Below are positions 1 through 7,954 of a stretch of 37,349 nucleotides of DNA, piece after piece. The notes under the pieces were generated by a model. That model was not told the DNA's origin. It did not search any database and saw only the letters and a list, made by a program, of their open reading frames with translations. The translations under genes and the position numbers were made by a program. Every line of letters starts with the position of its first letter. Position 1 is the stretch's first letter. Source of the stretch: a virus (lineage: Duplodnaviria > Caudoviricetes). The stretch is from IMG/VR virus record IMGVR_UViG_3300028326_000014, positions 1-37,349 of that record. The stretch is one strand, 5' to 3'.

Positions 1-43
1 CGGGGCGTGGCGCAGACTGGTAGCGCGCCTGCTTTGGGAGCAG
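1..43 (+). pseudogene. 5' half of tRNA-Pro(TGG), truncated in the 3' strand of the anticodon stem by the phage left end
   Basis: CGGGGCG acceptor 5' strand, TG, D-arm GCGC-AGACTGGTA-GCGC, anticodon arm CCTGC-TTTGGGA-GCAG. The sequence then continues with TGT; no T-arm or 3' acceptor strand follows. Confidence 0.9.
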
Positions 44-53
44 TGTGGGGAGT

Positions 54-217
54 CAGGCAAAGTGAGAAATGGCGTAGGGCCTAGATCGGGTAGGACGAAT
101 ATAGGCTAAACATAGGCCGGACGTGGGCTGGTGGGCGTCGGCCAAGCGCGAAAACGCCTGAAAACCAAAATGAGAAATTCGCCGAAAATCGGGCGAAAGT
201 TTCAGGCAAAGTGAGAA
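54..217 (+). repeat. Left-end transposase-binding sites L1 (54-70), L2 (162-178), L3 (203-217)
   Basis: CAGGCAAAGTGAGAAAT, AAACCAAAATGAGAAAT and CAGGCAAAGTGAGAA. L1 is separated from L2 by about 90 bp, as in Mu. Confidence 0.85.
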
Positions 218-218
218 T

Positions 219-1007
219 CTAGCGCACGTACTCCCGGCAGCTCCAGACCACCCGGCCTATGATCCGAACCATATCGGCCAAGTCGCCGGCCATATCGACC
301 TCGATTGGATCGTACCGTTCATTCCGGCTGCGGAAAACGAGCTTCCCTGGCAAGGCATGGACGTATTTGACCAGCACGCTTGAATCTATTCCCACCGCAT
401 ACAGCCCACCGGATATGATTTCATTCTGACTTTCGTCAATCAGTACAGAATCGGAATCCATCAGGACCGGCTCCATGCTGTCGCCTGTGACATCCATCAG
501 GACCATTCGTGACGGATGCCCCTTGCGATGCAGGAAATCCGTCTTGAACGCGTAGAGCCCAACGACAGCCCCCTCGGTCTCCAGGCTTCCTGTTCCGGCC
601 GAGAGTCGCGCCCGGACCTTGGGAATGAGGCTAAATCCCTTCTCTGCCGCCTCTTTCGCGCTCATCCATTGCGGTTCGCCTTCCGGGATGATGCCCGGTT
701 TTTGCTCTGATTCCGGGGCAAGTTGGGCGTGCTCACGCTGCACTGGGCCAGAGCCAAAGAGCAACCAGTCCGACGATACACCAAACCTCCTGGCAATATC
801 GATAACCCAGCCTGGGGGAATCTCTTTTTTGCTCTTAGCTGCTGAAATAGTTGACTGTCTCAACCCTAGCGCCTGTGATAGCTCCGTGTCTGTCTTGGTT
901 TTTGTCGCGACTTTAAGTCGGTTGAAGACGTCAAGGAAGTCAGTTGCATATTTTGAGGCCGAATATGCAACTGAATTTGCAACTTTATCTGCTTCAGGGG
1001 TATTCAT
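219..1007 (-). CDS. CI-like phage repressor (HTH + S24 peptidase)
   Basis: N-terminal HTH (TDTELSQALGLRQSTISAAK), SAG cleavage-site motif, GDSMEP catalytic Ser, VKY Lys, IIGRVVW. Start moved to ATG 1007 (MNTPE). Confidence 0.9.
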   Translation of the reverse strand: MNTPEADKVANSVAYSASKYATDFLDVFNRLKVATKTKTDTELSQALGLRQSTISAAKSKKEIPPGWVIDIARRFGVSSDWLLFGSGPVQREHAQLAPESEQKPGIIPEGEPQWMSAKEAAEKGFSLIPKVRARLSAGTGSLETEGAVVGLYAFKTDFLHRKGHPSRMVLMDVTGDSMEPVLMDSDSVLIDESQNEIISGGLYAVGIDSSVLVKYVHALPGKLVFRSRNERYDPIEVDMAGDLADMVRIIGRVVWSCREYVR

Positions 1008-1143
1008 TTTTTGCAAGTTATCCAAGGTATTTGGCAAGTTTTTGTCATAAAACTTGGAAAAATGAATTTGCAACCTGCGAAAACTGTTGACCGGTATCAA
1101 TTTGGGCAGTATTTCTACCCTCAAGCGGTCAACAGATTGACCG
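942..1143. promoter_or_regulatory. Divergent immunity control region: repeated operator-like boxes and probable early promoter
   Basis: TGAATTTGCAAC at 972-983 and 1063-1074; GAATATGCAAC at 961-971 with an inverted copy at about 942-953; TTGACC(1087-1092)-17-TATTTC; palindrome CGGTCAA-CAGA-TTGACCG at 1126-1143. Confidence 0.55.
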
Positions 1144-1181
1144 TCATGCCCGGAATCTAGTCGGGAATTTTGGGAAGGGCA

Positions 1182-1637
1182 ATGGCAAAGACGAGGCGAA
1201 ATTTAGGCGGAACCATGGTGCAGCTCCAGCTGCCCCTGTCCAGCCTGCCCACGGCCGGCATGGCGGCCGGCAGCCTGCGCCGCCTCGAGGCCGTCCACGA
1301 GGCACTCGACGCCGCCATCACGGCCTCCGGACTGACCCGGGCCTACATCGCCGACGAGCTTTCGCGGCTGACCGGCGGCAGCGTGAGCGAAAACCACATC
1401 AACAACTGGACCGCCGAAAGCAAGATGGGCGAGCGGCACATCCCCCTGGAATACGTCGCCGCCCTGACCGTGATCCTCGGTGACGTCCGCATGTTGGCCG
1501 CCGCCTGCCCTGCCGGCTTCGCGGTGCTGCCGCCGGACCAGGCGGCCGTCTACGAGCTGGGCAAGGTGGTGGTCGAGGAACGGCGGCGCGGCCGCAAGAA
1601 GCGCGCCCTGTGGGAGCGGATCAATGGTGAAGGGTAA
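1182..1637 (+). CDS. Early phage regulatory protein, putative HTH
   Basis: First gene of the rightward operon; HTH-like TRAYIADELSRLTGGSVSENHINNW; ATG 1182 after a purine-rich stretch. Confidence 0.7.
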   Translation: MAKTRRNLGGTMVQLQLPLSSLPTAGMAAGSLRRLEAVHEALDAAITASGLTRAYIADELSRLTGGSVSENHINNWTAESKMGERHIPLEYVAALTVILGDVRMLAAACPAGFAVLPPDQAAVYELGKVVVEERRRGRKKRALWERINGEG

Positions 1638-1830
1638 AAAGATCAAGGAATGGCTGTTCCGAAAGGAAATCAAGGGCGTGGACGTGGCCGCCGGCGCCGG
1701 AGTGTCCCGCAGCTACGTGAGCCACTTCCTGGCCGGTCGCAAGACAACCGCCCCCGCGATCCGCGCCTGGCTGCTCCGGAAGGGCTGCCCGGCCAAGTAT
1801 CTGGGCGAGGACAGCAAACAAGCGGCCTAG
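1624..1830 (+). CDS. Ner/Cro-like small HTH protein
   Basis: KGVDVAAGAGVSRSYVSHFLAGR HTH; GGAG upstream; overlaps the previous gene's stop. Confidence 0.75.
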   Translation: MVKGKKIKEWLFRKEIKGVDVAAGAGVSRSYVSHFLAGRKTTAPAIRAWLLRKGCPAKYLGEDSKQAA

Positions 1831-1841
1831 GCCGCCAGGAA

Positions 1842-1945
1842 TTTCCGCGCCTTCGCGGCGTCGGGGGCAGAGCGACACGATCGCCAGTCCACCCGGCACG
1901 AGAGGTAGAGCGACCAGATCGCCATCCCCTGCGGGGGCGCGGAAA
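1842..1945 (+). ncRNA. Candidate structured RNA element in the early transcript
   Basis: 17-bp stem 1842-1858/1929-1945 (3 G-U pairs) enclosing two 16/18-identical hairpins AGAGCGAC-NN-GATCGCCA at 1869-1886 and 1907-1924. Confidence 0.5.
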
Positions 1946-1971
1946 ATATTACGGAACGAAAGGAGGTTGTT

Positions 1972-2472
1972 ATGAGATTTCAGGCGGAAGATAGCAGGCG
2001 TCTCGGGCTGTCCGTTGCAAGGTTTGAAAGGGAGGCGATGCTTCGTGGAGAAAAAGACCCAAAGGCCGGTCCTTTCTTTGGGTTTTTCTTGAAAACAATC
2101 AATTTGAACAGAATCGAAAGGACGCTTGAAGGAGCCATGGAGCGTTGCAAGTATGTCCCGATTGTTTGCATACAGCTTAAGGCTGGTCATGGACTTAATC
2201 GAACAAGATTCCCGGAAGTTGCGTTCGACGGAAGGTATGCAGAGTATGACTACATCGGAATACGCGATGGGATGTTACTTGTTGGTGTTCGATTTTGGAG
2301 AAAACGTGGTGTTTACTTTCATATAAGACTCATTCCTTTGGACGGCATTGAGGCTCTGTCTGTTGGTTACGAGGCCAAATGGCGCAAGGCTGTGCATGAA
2401 AGAACGCGGCTGCGCGAAAAATATCCGGCAACCACCTCGTCGATGACGAGTGAAAGGCGGGTGACGCAATGA
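1972..2472 (+). CDS. Hypothetical protein, lower GC
   Basis: Strong SD AAGGAGG; 166-aa ORF; no recognisable motif. Confidence 0.7.
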   Translation: MRFQAEDSRRLGLSVARFEREAMLRGEKDPKAGPFFGFFLKTINLNRIERTLEGAMERCKYVPIVCIQLKAGHGLNRTRFPEVAFDGRYAEYDYIGIRDGMLLVGVRFWRKRGVYFHIRLIPLDGIEALSVGYEAKWRKAVHERTRLREKYPATTSSMTSERRVTQ

Positions 2473-2669
2473 GCAGACGGAAGCGGTTGACCGGGAAGGC
2501 GGAAGAGATGCGGCAGATTGCCCAGGTTTTGCGGCAAAACAAGTTGCCGGAAACGGCGATTCGGGCAGCACTTCTCGGTTTCTGCGGCGTCGGGATACTG
2601 ATGGTTGATAACGGCAGCTCGTATGCCTGGTCCCGTACTATGCAGGAATTCCTTGGGGAAGAGAACTAG
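2469..2669 (+). CDS. Hypothetical protein
   Basis: ATGA overlap with the upstream gene; 66 aa. Confidence 0.6.
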   Translation: MSRRKRLTGKAEEMRQIAQVLRQNKLPETAIRAALLGFCGVGILMVDNGSSYAWSRTMQEFLGEEN

Positions 2670-2673
2670 CCAT

Positions 2674-2735
2674 TGCGAAACCGCCCCGCGCGGGCGGTCG
2701 TCGGACGGTGGCGCGTCCGGCCTGATGAGCAGCCA
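2674..2735 (+). ncRNA. Type II hammerhead ribozyme, copy 1
   Basis: GAAA 2677-2680; stem III ACCGCCC/GGGCGGT; GTC cleavage triplet 2697-2699; stem I GTCGGACG/CGTCCGGC; CTGATGA 2722-2728; stem II TGC/GCA; loop I TGGC can pair with 3' GCCA (pseudoknot). Confidence 0.9.
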
Positions 2736-2745
2736 AGGAAAAAAC

Positions 2746-2979
2746 TTACGTTATATTGATGTCCGGGAAGCAATGAGGACACAGGCTCATAGGGAATTCA
2801 GAGTTTGCCATATTTTTGATGTAACTGTGGAGCATTTCTTCAGAGTCAAACGGGATTACCCACCAATTCGCCATTTTGTTTTTGTTGAGATTGCATGAGT
2901 AGGTGAGCCGAGTTGCGGAATGAGCTTCGCCAGAAGTTGGATTATAAATAAAAATATCATGAAATTCTGTGTTCAACAT
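2746..2979 (-). CDS. AT-rich accessory (moron-like) protein, 77 aa, C-terminal CxxC
   Basis: SD AAGGAG before the ATG; candidate own promoter TTGTAA(3057-3052)-18-TAGGGT; low GC. Confidence 0.65.
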   Translation of the reverse strand: MLNTEFHDIFIYNPTSGEAHSATRLTYSCNLNKNKMANWWVIPFDSEEMLHSYIKNMANSEFPMSLCPHCFPDINIT

Positions 2980-3076
2980 TTCCGCGTCTCCTTTGCGGGT
3001 TGACGGTTGGATGAACGGGTGACGGAAACCCTATCAGGGGACGCGGAACCTTTACAAGCGGACGGACGGCGGCACG

Positions 3077-5224
3077 ATGCAAGACAAGTACACGGCACAG
3101 GACATTGGAACGGCGCTCGGCGTGTCACGCCAGAGGGCCGAAACCAAGGCAAAAAAGGACGGCTGGCTTTACGAAGAGATGCCGTCGCCTGGCCGTGGCG
3201 GCAAGCGCCGACTGTTCCTCTTCGCCTCCCTGCCCAAAGACGTGCAGCGCGCCCTGTCCGCACACGAGGCGGGGGCGAAGCCCGAGCAGTTGCCGGCCGC
3301 CGTCACCGACCAGAACCGCGTCCAGGCGCTGCTTGCCCGATTCCAGGCCGCCCCGGAATGGAGCCGCCAGCGGGCCGAGACCCGCTTGGCCATCCTCAAG
3401 GCGTTTGAAACCTTCATCGCCTGGACCGGTATGGGCAGGGGCCGGGCCGAACGGGAATTCTCCGAACGCTACGCGCGTTGCGAGGCCCCGGGCGTTCCCT
3501 TGGACGCCTACCGCGAAGAAAAATCACTCTCCCCGGGGACCATCCGCCGCTGGCGCGGCGACTACAAGCGCGACGGCCTGGCCGGACTGCTCTCCGAACA
3601 CGGAACCAACGCCGGCACGCAGCCGTCCGTCTCACCTGAAGCGAGAATTTTCCTCCTGGCCCACCTCCAGGCCAAGCCCCTCATCCGGCCGGCCAAGCTG
3701 CTGGAACTGGTTGAAGGGGAACTCAAGGACGCCGCCCCCTCCCGGGCCAGCGTTTACCGCTTCGTCAAGAAATTCAAGAAGGACAACCCGGAACTCTACG
3801 CGCTGCTCGAAGACCCGCGCAAATGGAAAAACGGCTACCTCGCCGCCTTCGGCGACGCCGCCCACGACGTGACCCATTTCTGCCACACCTGGGAAGCCGA
3901 TTCGACCAAAAACGACGTCATCACCGCCGACGGCAAGCGGTGCGCCATCATCATGGTCATCGACGTCTATTCCGGCCGCAAAAAGATGGTGGTGGCCCCC
4001 GTGACCCGCAGTCTGGCCGTGGCCGCCTGCCTCCGGAAGTGCTTCCTGGACTGGGGCATCGTCAAACGGCTGCGCACGGACAACGGCAAGGACTACACGT
4101 CCCGGCACATCACGGCCATTTTGACGGCCTTCGGCATCGACCCGAAGCTGTGCAGAAAGTACCAGGGCCAGGAAAAGCCTTTTGTCGAGCGCGGGTTGCA
4201 GACCTATCTGCACGACCTGGTCGAGCTGATGCCGGGCTATTGCGGACACAGCGTCGGCGAGCGGCAGGCCTTGCGGGAACAGGCCGTCTGGGCGGCCAAG
4301 ATCATGGAGCCCGGCAATGAAGCCGTGGAAATCCCCTACACGTTGGCCGAGATGCAGGTCTTTGTCGACCGGTGGGTGATCCGGGACGAAACTAAACCCC
4401 GCAAGAAGTTCGGCGGACGCTCGCCCCTGGAGGTCAGCCAGGCCAGCCCGCGCCAGCCCGAGGCGATCACAAATCCCCGTGTCCTGGACATCCTGCTTGC
4501 CCCGGTGGCCACGCCGACCGTCGGCAAGAAGGGCATCACCCTGGACAGCGGCCACTATTCCGCGCCCGAGCTGGTGGACTACATCGGCTGCAAGGTCGAC
4601 GTGCGCCGCGATCTGCTCGACGCCGGCACGATCTATGTTTTTGACAAGTCGGACGGCAAGCTCCGCTATGTCTGTACCGCCGAGGACAAGGCCCTGACCG
4701 GACTTAAGCTGGAAGCCTATCTGGCGGCGCGCAAGGCCAAGGAGCGGCGTCTCAAGGACACCGTGCGGGCGCTGCGGACCCTCTCCGAAACAGTGGAAGA
4801 CCCGCTGACGGTGCTGCTGCCCACGGGCGAGCTGAAGCCGCCCAAGGTGGTGGGCCTGCGCCCCGAGACCAAGGCTCCGGCCGTGCTTGAGGCCAAAAAG
4901 GCCCTCGAAACGCCTGAAAAACCCCTGGGCCTGGCCCAGGAAATGGACCTCACGCCTGAACCAGCGCTGCCGGAAAACGTGGTGCGAGTGGCTTTTGCCA
5001 AGGATGCCGCGCCCGAGCCCGCCTCCGATGCGGACCGCCCCTATTTCGAGAAGTCCATCGACGCATGGGACTGGCTTTGCGAGCAGGAAGCCATGCGCCG
5101 TCTGGCCCCTGACGAAGTGGAGTGGAAGGACACCCTGCTCATCAACTTCGGGCCGCAAATCCAGGCCATCTTGCGGCTTCGCGCCGACAACGAAGGCCGC
5201 GAGAATCTCAAAAGGAGCTTTTGA
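3077..5224 (+). CDS. muA: Mu-type DDE transposase A
   Basis: N-terminal Mu HTH (YTAQDIG...GRGGKRRLFLFASLP); catalytic core WEADST, IDVYS, LRTDNGKDY, KPFVER; Mu C-terminal beta domain. Confidence 0.95.
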   Translation: MQDKYTAQDIGTALGVSRQRAETKAKKDGWLYEEMPSPGRGGKRRLFLFASLPKDVQRALSAHEAGAKPEQLPAAVTDQNRVQALLARFQAAPEWSRQRAETRLAILKAFETFIAWTGMGRGRAEREFSERYARCEAPGVPLDAYREEKSLSPGTIRRWRGDYKRDGLAGLLSEHGTNAGTQPSVSPEARIFLLAHLQAKPLIRPAKLLELVEGELKDAAPSRASVYRFVKKFKKDNPELYALLEDPRKWKNGYLAAFGDAAHDVTHFCHTWEADSTKNDVITADGKRCAIIMVIDVYSGRKKMVVAPVTRSLAVAACLRKCFLDWGIVKRLRTDNGKDYTSRHITAILTAFGIDPKLCRKYQGQEKPFVERGLQTYLHDLVELMPGYCGHSVGERQALREQAVWAAKIMEPGNEAVEIPYTLAEMQVFVDRWVIRDETKPRKKFGGRSPLEVSQASPRQPEAITNPRVLDILLAPVATPTVGKKGITLDSGHYSAPELVDYIGCKVDVRRDLLDAGTIYVFDKSDGKLRYVCTAEDKALTGLKLEAYLAARKAKERRLKDTVRALRTLSETVEDPLTVLLPTGELKPPKVVGLRPETKAPAVLEAKKALETPEKPLGLAQEMDLTPEPALPENVVRVAFAKDAAPEPASDADRPYFEKSIDAWDWLCEQEAMRRLAPDEVEWKDTLLINFGPQIQAILRLRADNEGRENLKRSF

Positions 5225-5907
5225 TGCGCAACAAGTTTGTGGAGACGGCCAACGTGTCCGCGTTTGTCGAGGCGGCCGGTAGCCTGGAACGCACCGAGGC
5301 CGGCGTGCCGGGACTGGCGTTGGTGCATGGCATGCGCGGTCTGGGCAAGACCCGTACGGCGATCTGGTATGCCAGCCAGAACGGCTCGGTCTATGTGCGG
5401 AGCAAGTCCTTGTGGTCGCCGAAATGGATGCTGGAAGAACTGGCCATAGAACTGGGCTTGACGCCGGCAAAGCACAAAAAGGACCTGTTCATGGGGGTGA
5501 TGGAAGAGCTGCGCCAGCGGCCCAGGCTCGTCATCATCGACGAGTCCAACATGCCGCCAACGACCTGCCTGGACGCCATCCGCGACCTGCATGACCTGAC
5601 CGAAAATCCTTTCCTGCTTATCGGACACGAAGGCATCGTGAGCCGCCTCAAGCGCATGGGGCCGTTTTTCGACCGCTTCCTCTACATCACGGAATTCAAG
5701 CCCCTGTCCACCAAGGACCTGGACTCGTTTTGCCGGACCTGCATGGAAATCCCGGTGGACGAAGACGTGATCGGGAAAGTGGTTGAACGCACGGGCGGCA
5801 ACTTCCGCAAGTCCATCGTGGCGTTCAAAGGCTTGGAAAACCGGGCCAAGATGAACGGCTCCAAGCGGATCACGGTCAAGGAAACCCGGGAGCGGGAGGC
5901 ATCATAG
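5224..5907 (+). CDS. muB: Transposition ATPase B (AAA+)
   Basis: Walker A GMRGLGKT, Walker B LVIIDE, IRDLHD, GGNFR; TGATG coupling to A. Confidence 0.92.
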   Translation: MRNKFVETANVSAFVEAAGSLERTEAGVPGLALVHGMRGLGKTRTAIWYASQNGSVYVRSKSLWSPKWMLEELAIELGLTPAKHKKDLFMGVMEELRQRPRLVIIDESNMPPTTCLDAIRDLHDLTENPFLLIGHEGIVSRLKRMGPFFDRFLYITEFKPLSTKDLDSFCRTCMEIPVDEDVIGKVVERTGGNFRKSIVAFKGLENRAKMNGSKRITVKETREREAS

Positions 5908-5908
5908 C

Positions 5909-6703
5909 ATGCGGCCCGATTCCCGCCAACGCATGTGGACGGTAGTCCGCAAACTGCCGCCGCCCGTGGCGGCGGAGGATGTCGAGCAGCTCGCCGACGT
6001 CTCCGTGGCGGAAGCCGAGGCTTTCTTGGCGGAACTGGTGGCGTCAGGTCGTCTGATTCTCCGGAGTAACGGCTACATGCTGCTTAAGGACCATGGGCCG
6101 CTTGCGCCTGCGAGCGAACAGACCTCGGTATCTCTCCCGGGAAAGCTGTCGGCGGCGGCGCGGGAGTTGGAAGGTCAGGCCGGGCCGATGCTGGTTCTGG
6201 AAGCCGTGCTGGCAATCCTGCCGGGGCTGGAAACGGTATCATTGGCCGAGGCCATGGCCGCGACCGGCTTGCCGCGTCGCAAGGTGTTGCGCGTGCTCGA
6301 CAAGCTCGCGGCCGAGGGACGGTTGGAGCTGATCGAGGACACCCGCCCGTCCAGCCCGGTCGGGAAACCCGGCCCGGTGCCGCGAGAGCCGACTTACCGC
6401 GTGGTGGCAACGGCCCATCCGGCTGCGCGGCCGGTCATGCGGCATGCCGATGCGTCACGGGACCGGGCTTGGGCGGCCATGCGCCGGTTACGCCGGTTCA
6501 CCCGGGCGGACGTGGTGGATTTATGCGGCTGTCATCCCGATGTGGCGGACGACCTGGTCAAATTATTGGAACGCAACGGCTACCTGGAGTGTATCGGCTT
6601 CCAGGAGCGCCGCCGGAAGGTGATGGTGCTGGTCCGCGATCCCGGACCGGTCCGGCCCCGAACACCCCAACCGAGAAGTAAGGAGGAGAAAGTCAATGGC
6701 TAG
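5909..6703 (+). CDS. Multi-winged-HTH hypothetical early protein
   Basis: Repeated segments RQRMWTVVRKL / RDRAWAAMRRLRRFT; position after MuB. Confidence 0.7.
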   Translation: MRPDSRQRMWTVVRKLPPPVAAEDVEQLADVSVAEAEAFLAELVASGRLILRSNGYMLLKDHGPLAPASEQTSVSLPGKLSAAARELEGQAGPMLVLEAVLAILPGLETVSLAEAMAATGLPRRKVLRVLDKLAAEGRLELIEDTRPSSPVGKPGPVPREPTYRVVATAHPAARPVMRHADASRDRAWAAMRRLRRFTRADVVDLCGCHPDVADDLVKLLERNGYLECIGFQERRRKVMVLVRDPGPVRPRTPQPRSKEEKVNG

Positions 6704-7229
6704 GGAAAAACCGAAAGTAACGGTGCTGGCGGACCTCAAGGAGGCCGACGCGGCCCTGGCCGAACTGGCGGGGCTGCGGCGCGATCTGGCTGCCGTGGAA
6801 GGCGTCATGAACGACGCCATCGACACCATCAAGGCCGAGGCCAAGGCCCAATCCACGCCGTTGACCGCCCGGGTCAAGGACCTGGAGGCGGCACTGGCCA
6901 ATTTCGCCGTGGCCCGCAAGGCCGAACTGTTCCCAAAGAAAAAGTCACTGGAAATGACCTTCGGGCTGTTTGGGTTTCGCCAGTCCAGCAAGCTCAAGAC
7001 GTTGGCAAAATGGACCTGGAAACTGGTGCTGGAGCGACTCCAGGAGCTGGCCGCCGATCCCGAGGGAAGACCCTACAGTGAGGCGCTGCGGACCAAGGTC
7101 GAGGTGGACAAGGAACAGATGCGCGACTGGCCCGAAGACCGGTTGGCAGCCGTCGGCGTCCACAAGGTGGCGGAGGACGAGTTTTATTACGAATTAAAAA
7201 GTGAGGAATTGAAGGAGGATGCGGCATAG
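6696..7229 (+). CDS. gam: Host-nuclease inhibitor Gam family protein
   Basis: Coiled-coil N-terminus, KKSLEMTFGLFGFRQS, LRTKVEVDKE, EDEFYYE; strong SD. Confidence 0.88.
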   Translation: MAREKPKVTVLADLKEADAALAELAGLRRDLAAVEGVMNDAIDTIKAEAKAQSTPLTARVKDLEAALANFAVARKAELFPKKKSLEMTFGLFGFRQSSKLKTLAKWTWKLVLERLQELAADPEGRPYSEALRTKVEVDKEQMRDWPEDRLAAVGVHKVAEDEFYYELKSEELKEDAA

Positions 7230-7232
7230 TCC

Positions 7233-7294
7233 TGCGAAACCGCCCCGCGCGGGCGGTCGTCGGACGGTGGCGCGTCCGGCCTGATGAGCAGCCA
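7233..7294 (+). ncRNA. Type II hammerhead ribozyme, copy 2
   Basis: Identical to copy 1 (67-bp exact repeat 2674-2740 / 7233-7299); GTC 7256-7258; CTGATGA 7281-7287. Confidence 0.9.
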
Positions 7295-7305
7295 AGGAAT
7301 CAACC

Positions 7306-7740
7306 ATGCGGATCTACATCGCCTCATCCTGGCGCAACCAGCACGCCGTGGAACTGCTCTCCGACCTCCTGGAGGACAACGGCCACACCGTGGTGTCCTG
7401 GATCGAGGAGTGGCGGCGGAATGAGGGGCCTGCCGTGTCCGTCCACCTGGATCAGGACGCCTGGATCGAGTCCCCGGCCGGCCATGCTCGGTTTCGCTTC
7501 GACCTCGACGGCGCTTGCCGCTCCGATCTTGTCATCTACCTCGGCCCTGCGGGCACGGACGCCTGGGCCGAGGTCGGCGCGGCCTTTGCCTGCGACGTGC
7601 CGGTAGTCGGCCTGTGGGCCAAGGGCGAGCGTGCCGGCCTCATGCGGCGGATGGTCTCCCGATGGTTCACGGATCACCGGGAATTGCTGCGATTTCTGGA
7701 GGAGGCCGGCGAGGCCGACGCCGAACGGCTAGCGGGGTAA
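7306..7740 (+). CDS. Nucleoside 2-deoxyribosyltransferase-like protein
   Basis: IYIASS, FDLDGACRSDLVI, GTDAWAEVGAAFA (catalytic-type Glu), PVVGL; SD AGGA. Confidence 0.7.
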   Translation: MRIYIASSWRNQHAVELLSDLLEDNGHTVVSWIEEWRRNEGPAVSVHLDQDAWIESPAGHARFRFDLDGACRSDLVIYLGPAGTDAWAEVGAAFACDVPVVGLWAKGERAGLMRRMVSRWFTDHRELLRFLEEAGEADAERLAG

Positions 7741-7744
7741 TGCC

Positions 7745-7945
7745 ATGGGAGACCGTATGCGGCCGGGTGACGTGGTCGTCAGCCGGCACCACAAGGGGCT
7801 GATCCTCCTGGTTATCGTCTACCGGAATGGCTCCAGCATTGGGCGCAAGCTCAAACATGACGGCACGGTCGGGCGCCAGGAAGTATGCCTGGGCACCGGG
7901 GGTATTGTGGCCGTGCGCAGACCTTTGCCGGGCTGCGACGCCTAG
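7745..7945 (+). CDS. Hypothetical protein
   Basis: Tiles between neighbours in the early operon. Confidence 0.55.
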   Translation: MGDRMRPGDVVVSRHHKGLILLVIVYRNGSSIGRKLKHDGTVGRQEVCLGTGGIVAVRRPLPGCDA

Positions 7946-7954
7946 GAGGCGAGC

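Noticed and set aside
1-90. Intact tRNA-Pro restored by the phage end
   Set aside because: No T-arm (GTTC) and no 3' acceptor strand complementary to CGGGGCG follows position 43.
1008-1124. Extended N-terminus of the repressor given by the ORF track
   Set aside because: Runs through the AT-rich promoter/operator region; ATG 1007 is more plausible. Similar start corrections were applied to MuB, gemA, portal, protease and patatin.
2605-2898. 97-aa plus-strand ORF across ribozyme copy 1
   Set aside because: No SD; overlaps the ribozyme and a better-supported minus-strand gene.
2674-7299. 67-bp repeats as att sites, CRISPR repeats or terminators
   Set aside because: Only two copies 4.56 kb apart, no integrase or cas genes, no U-tract. 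The hammerhead core explains the sequence.
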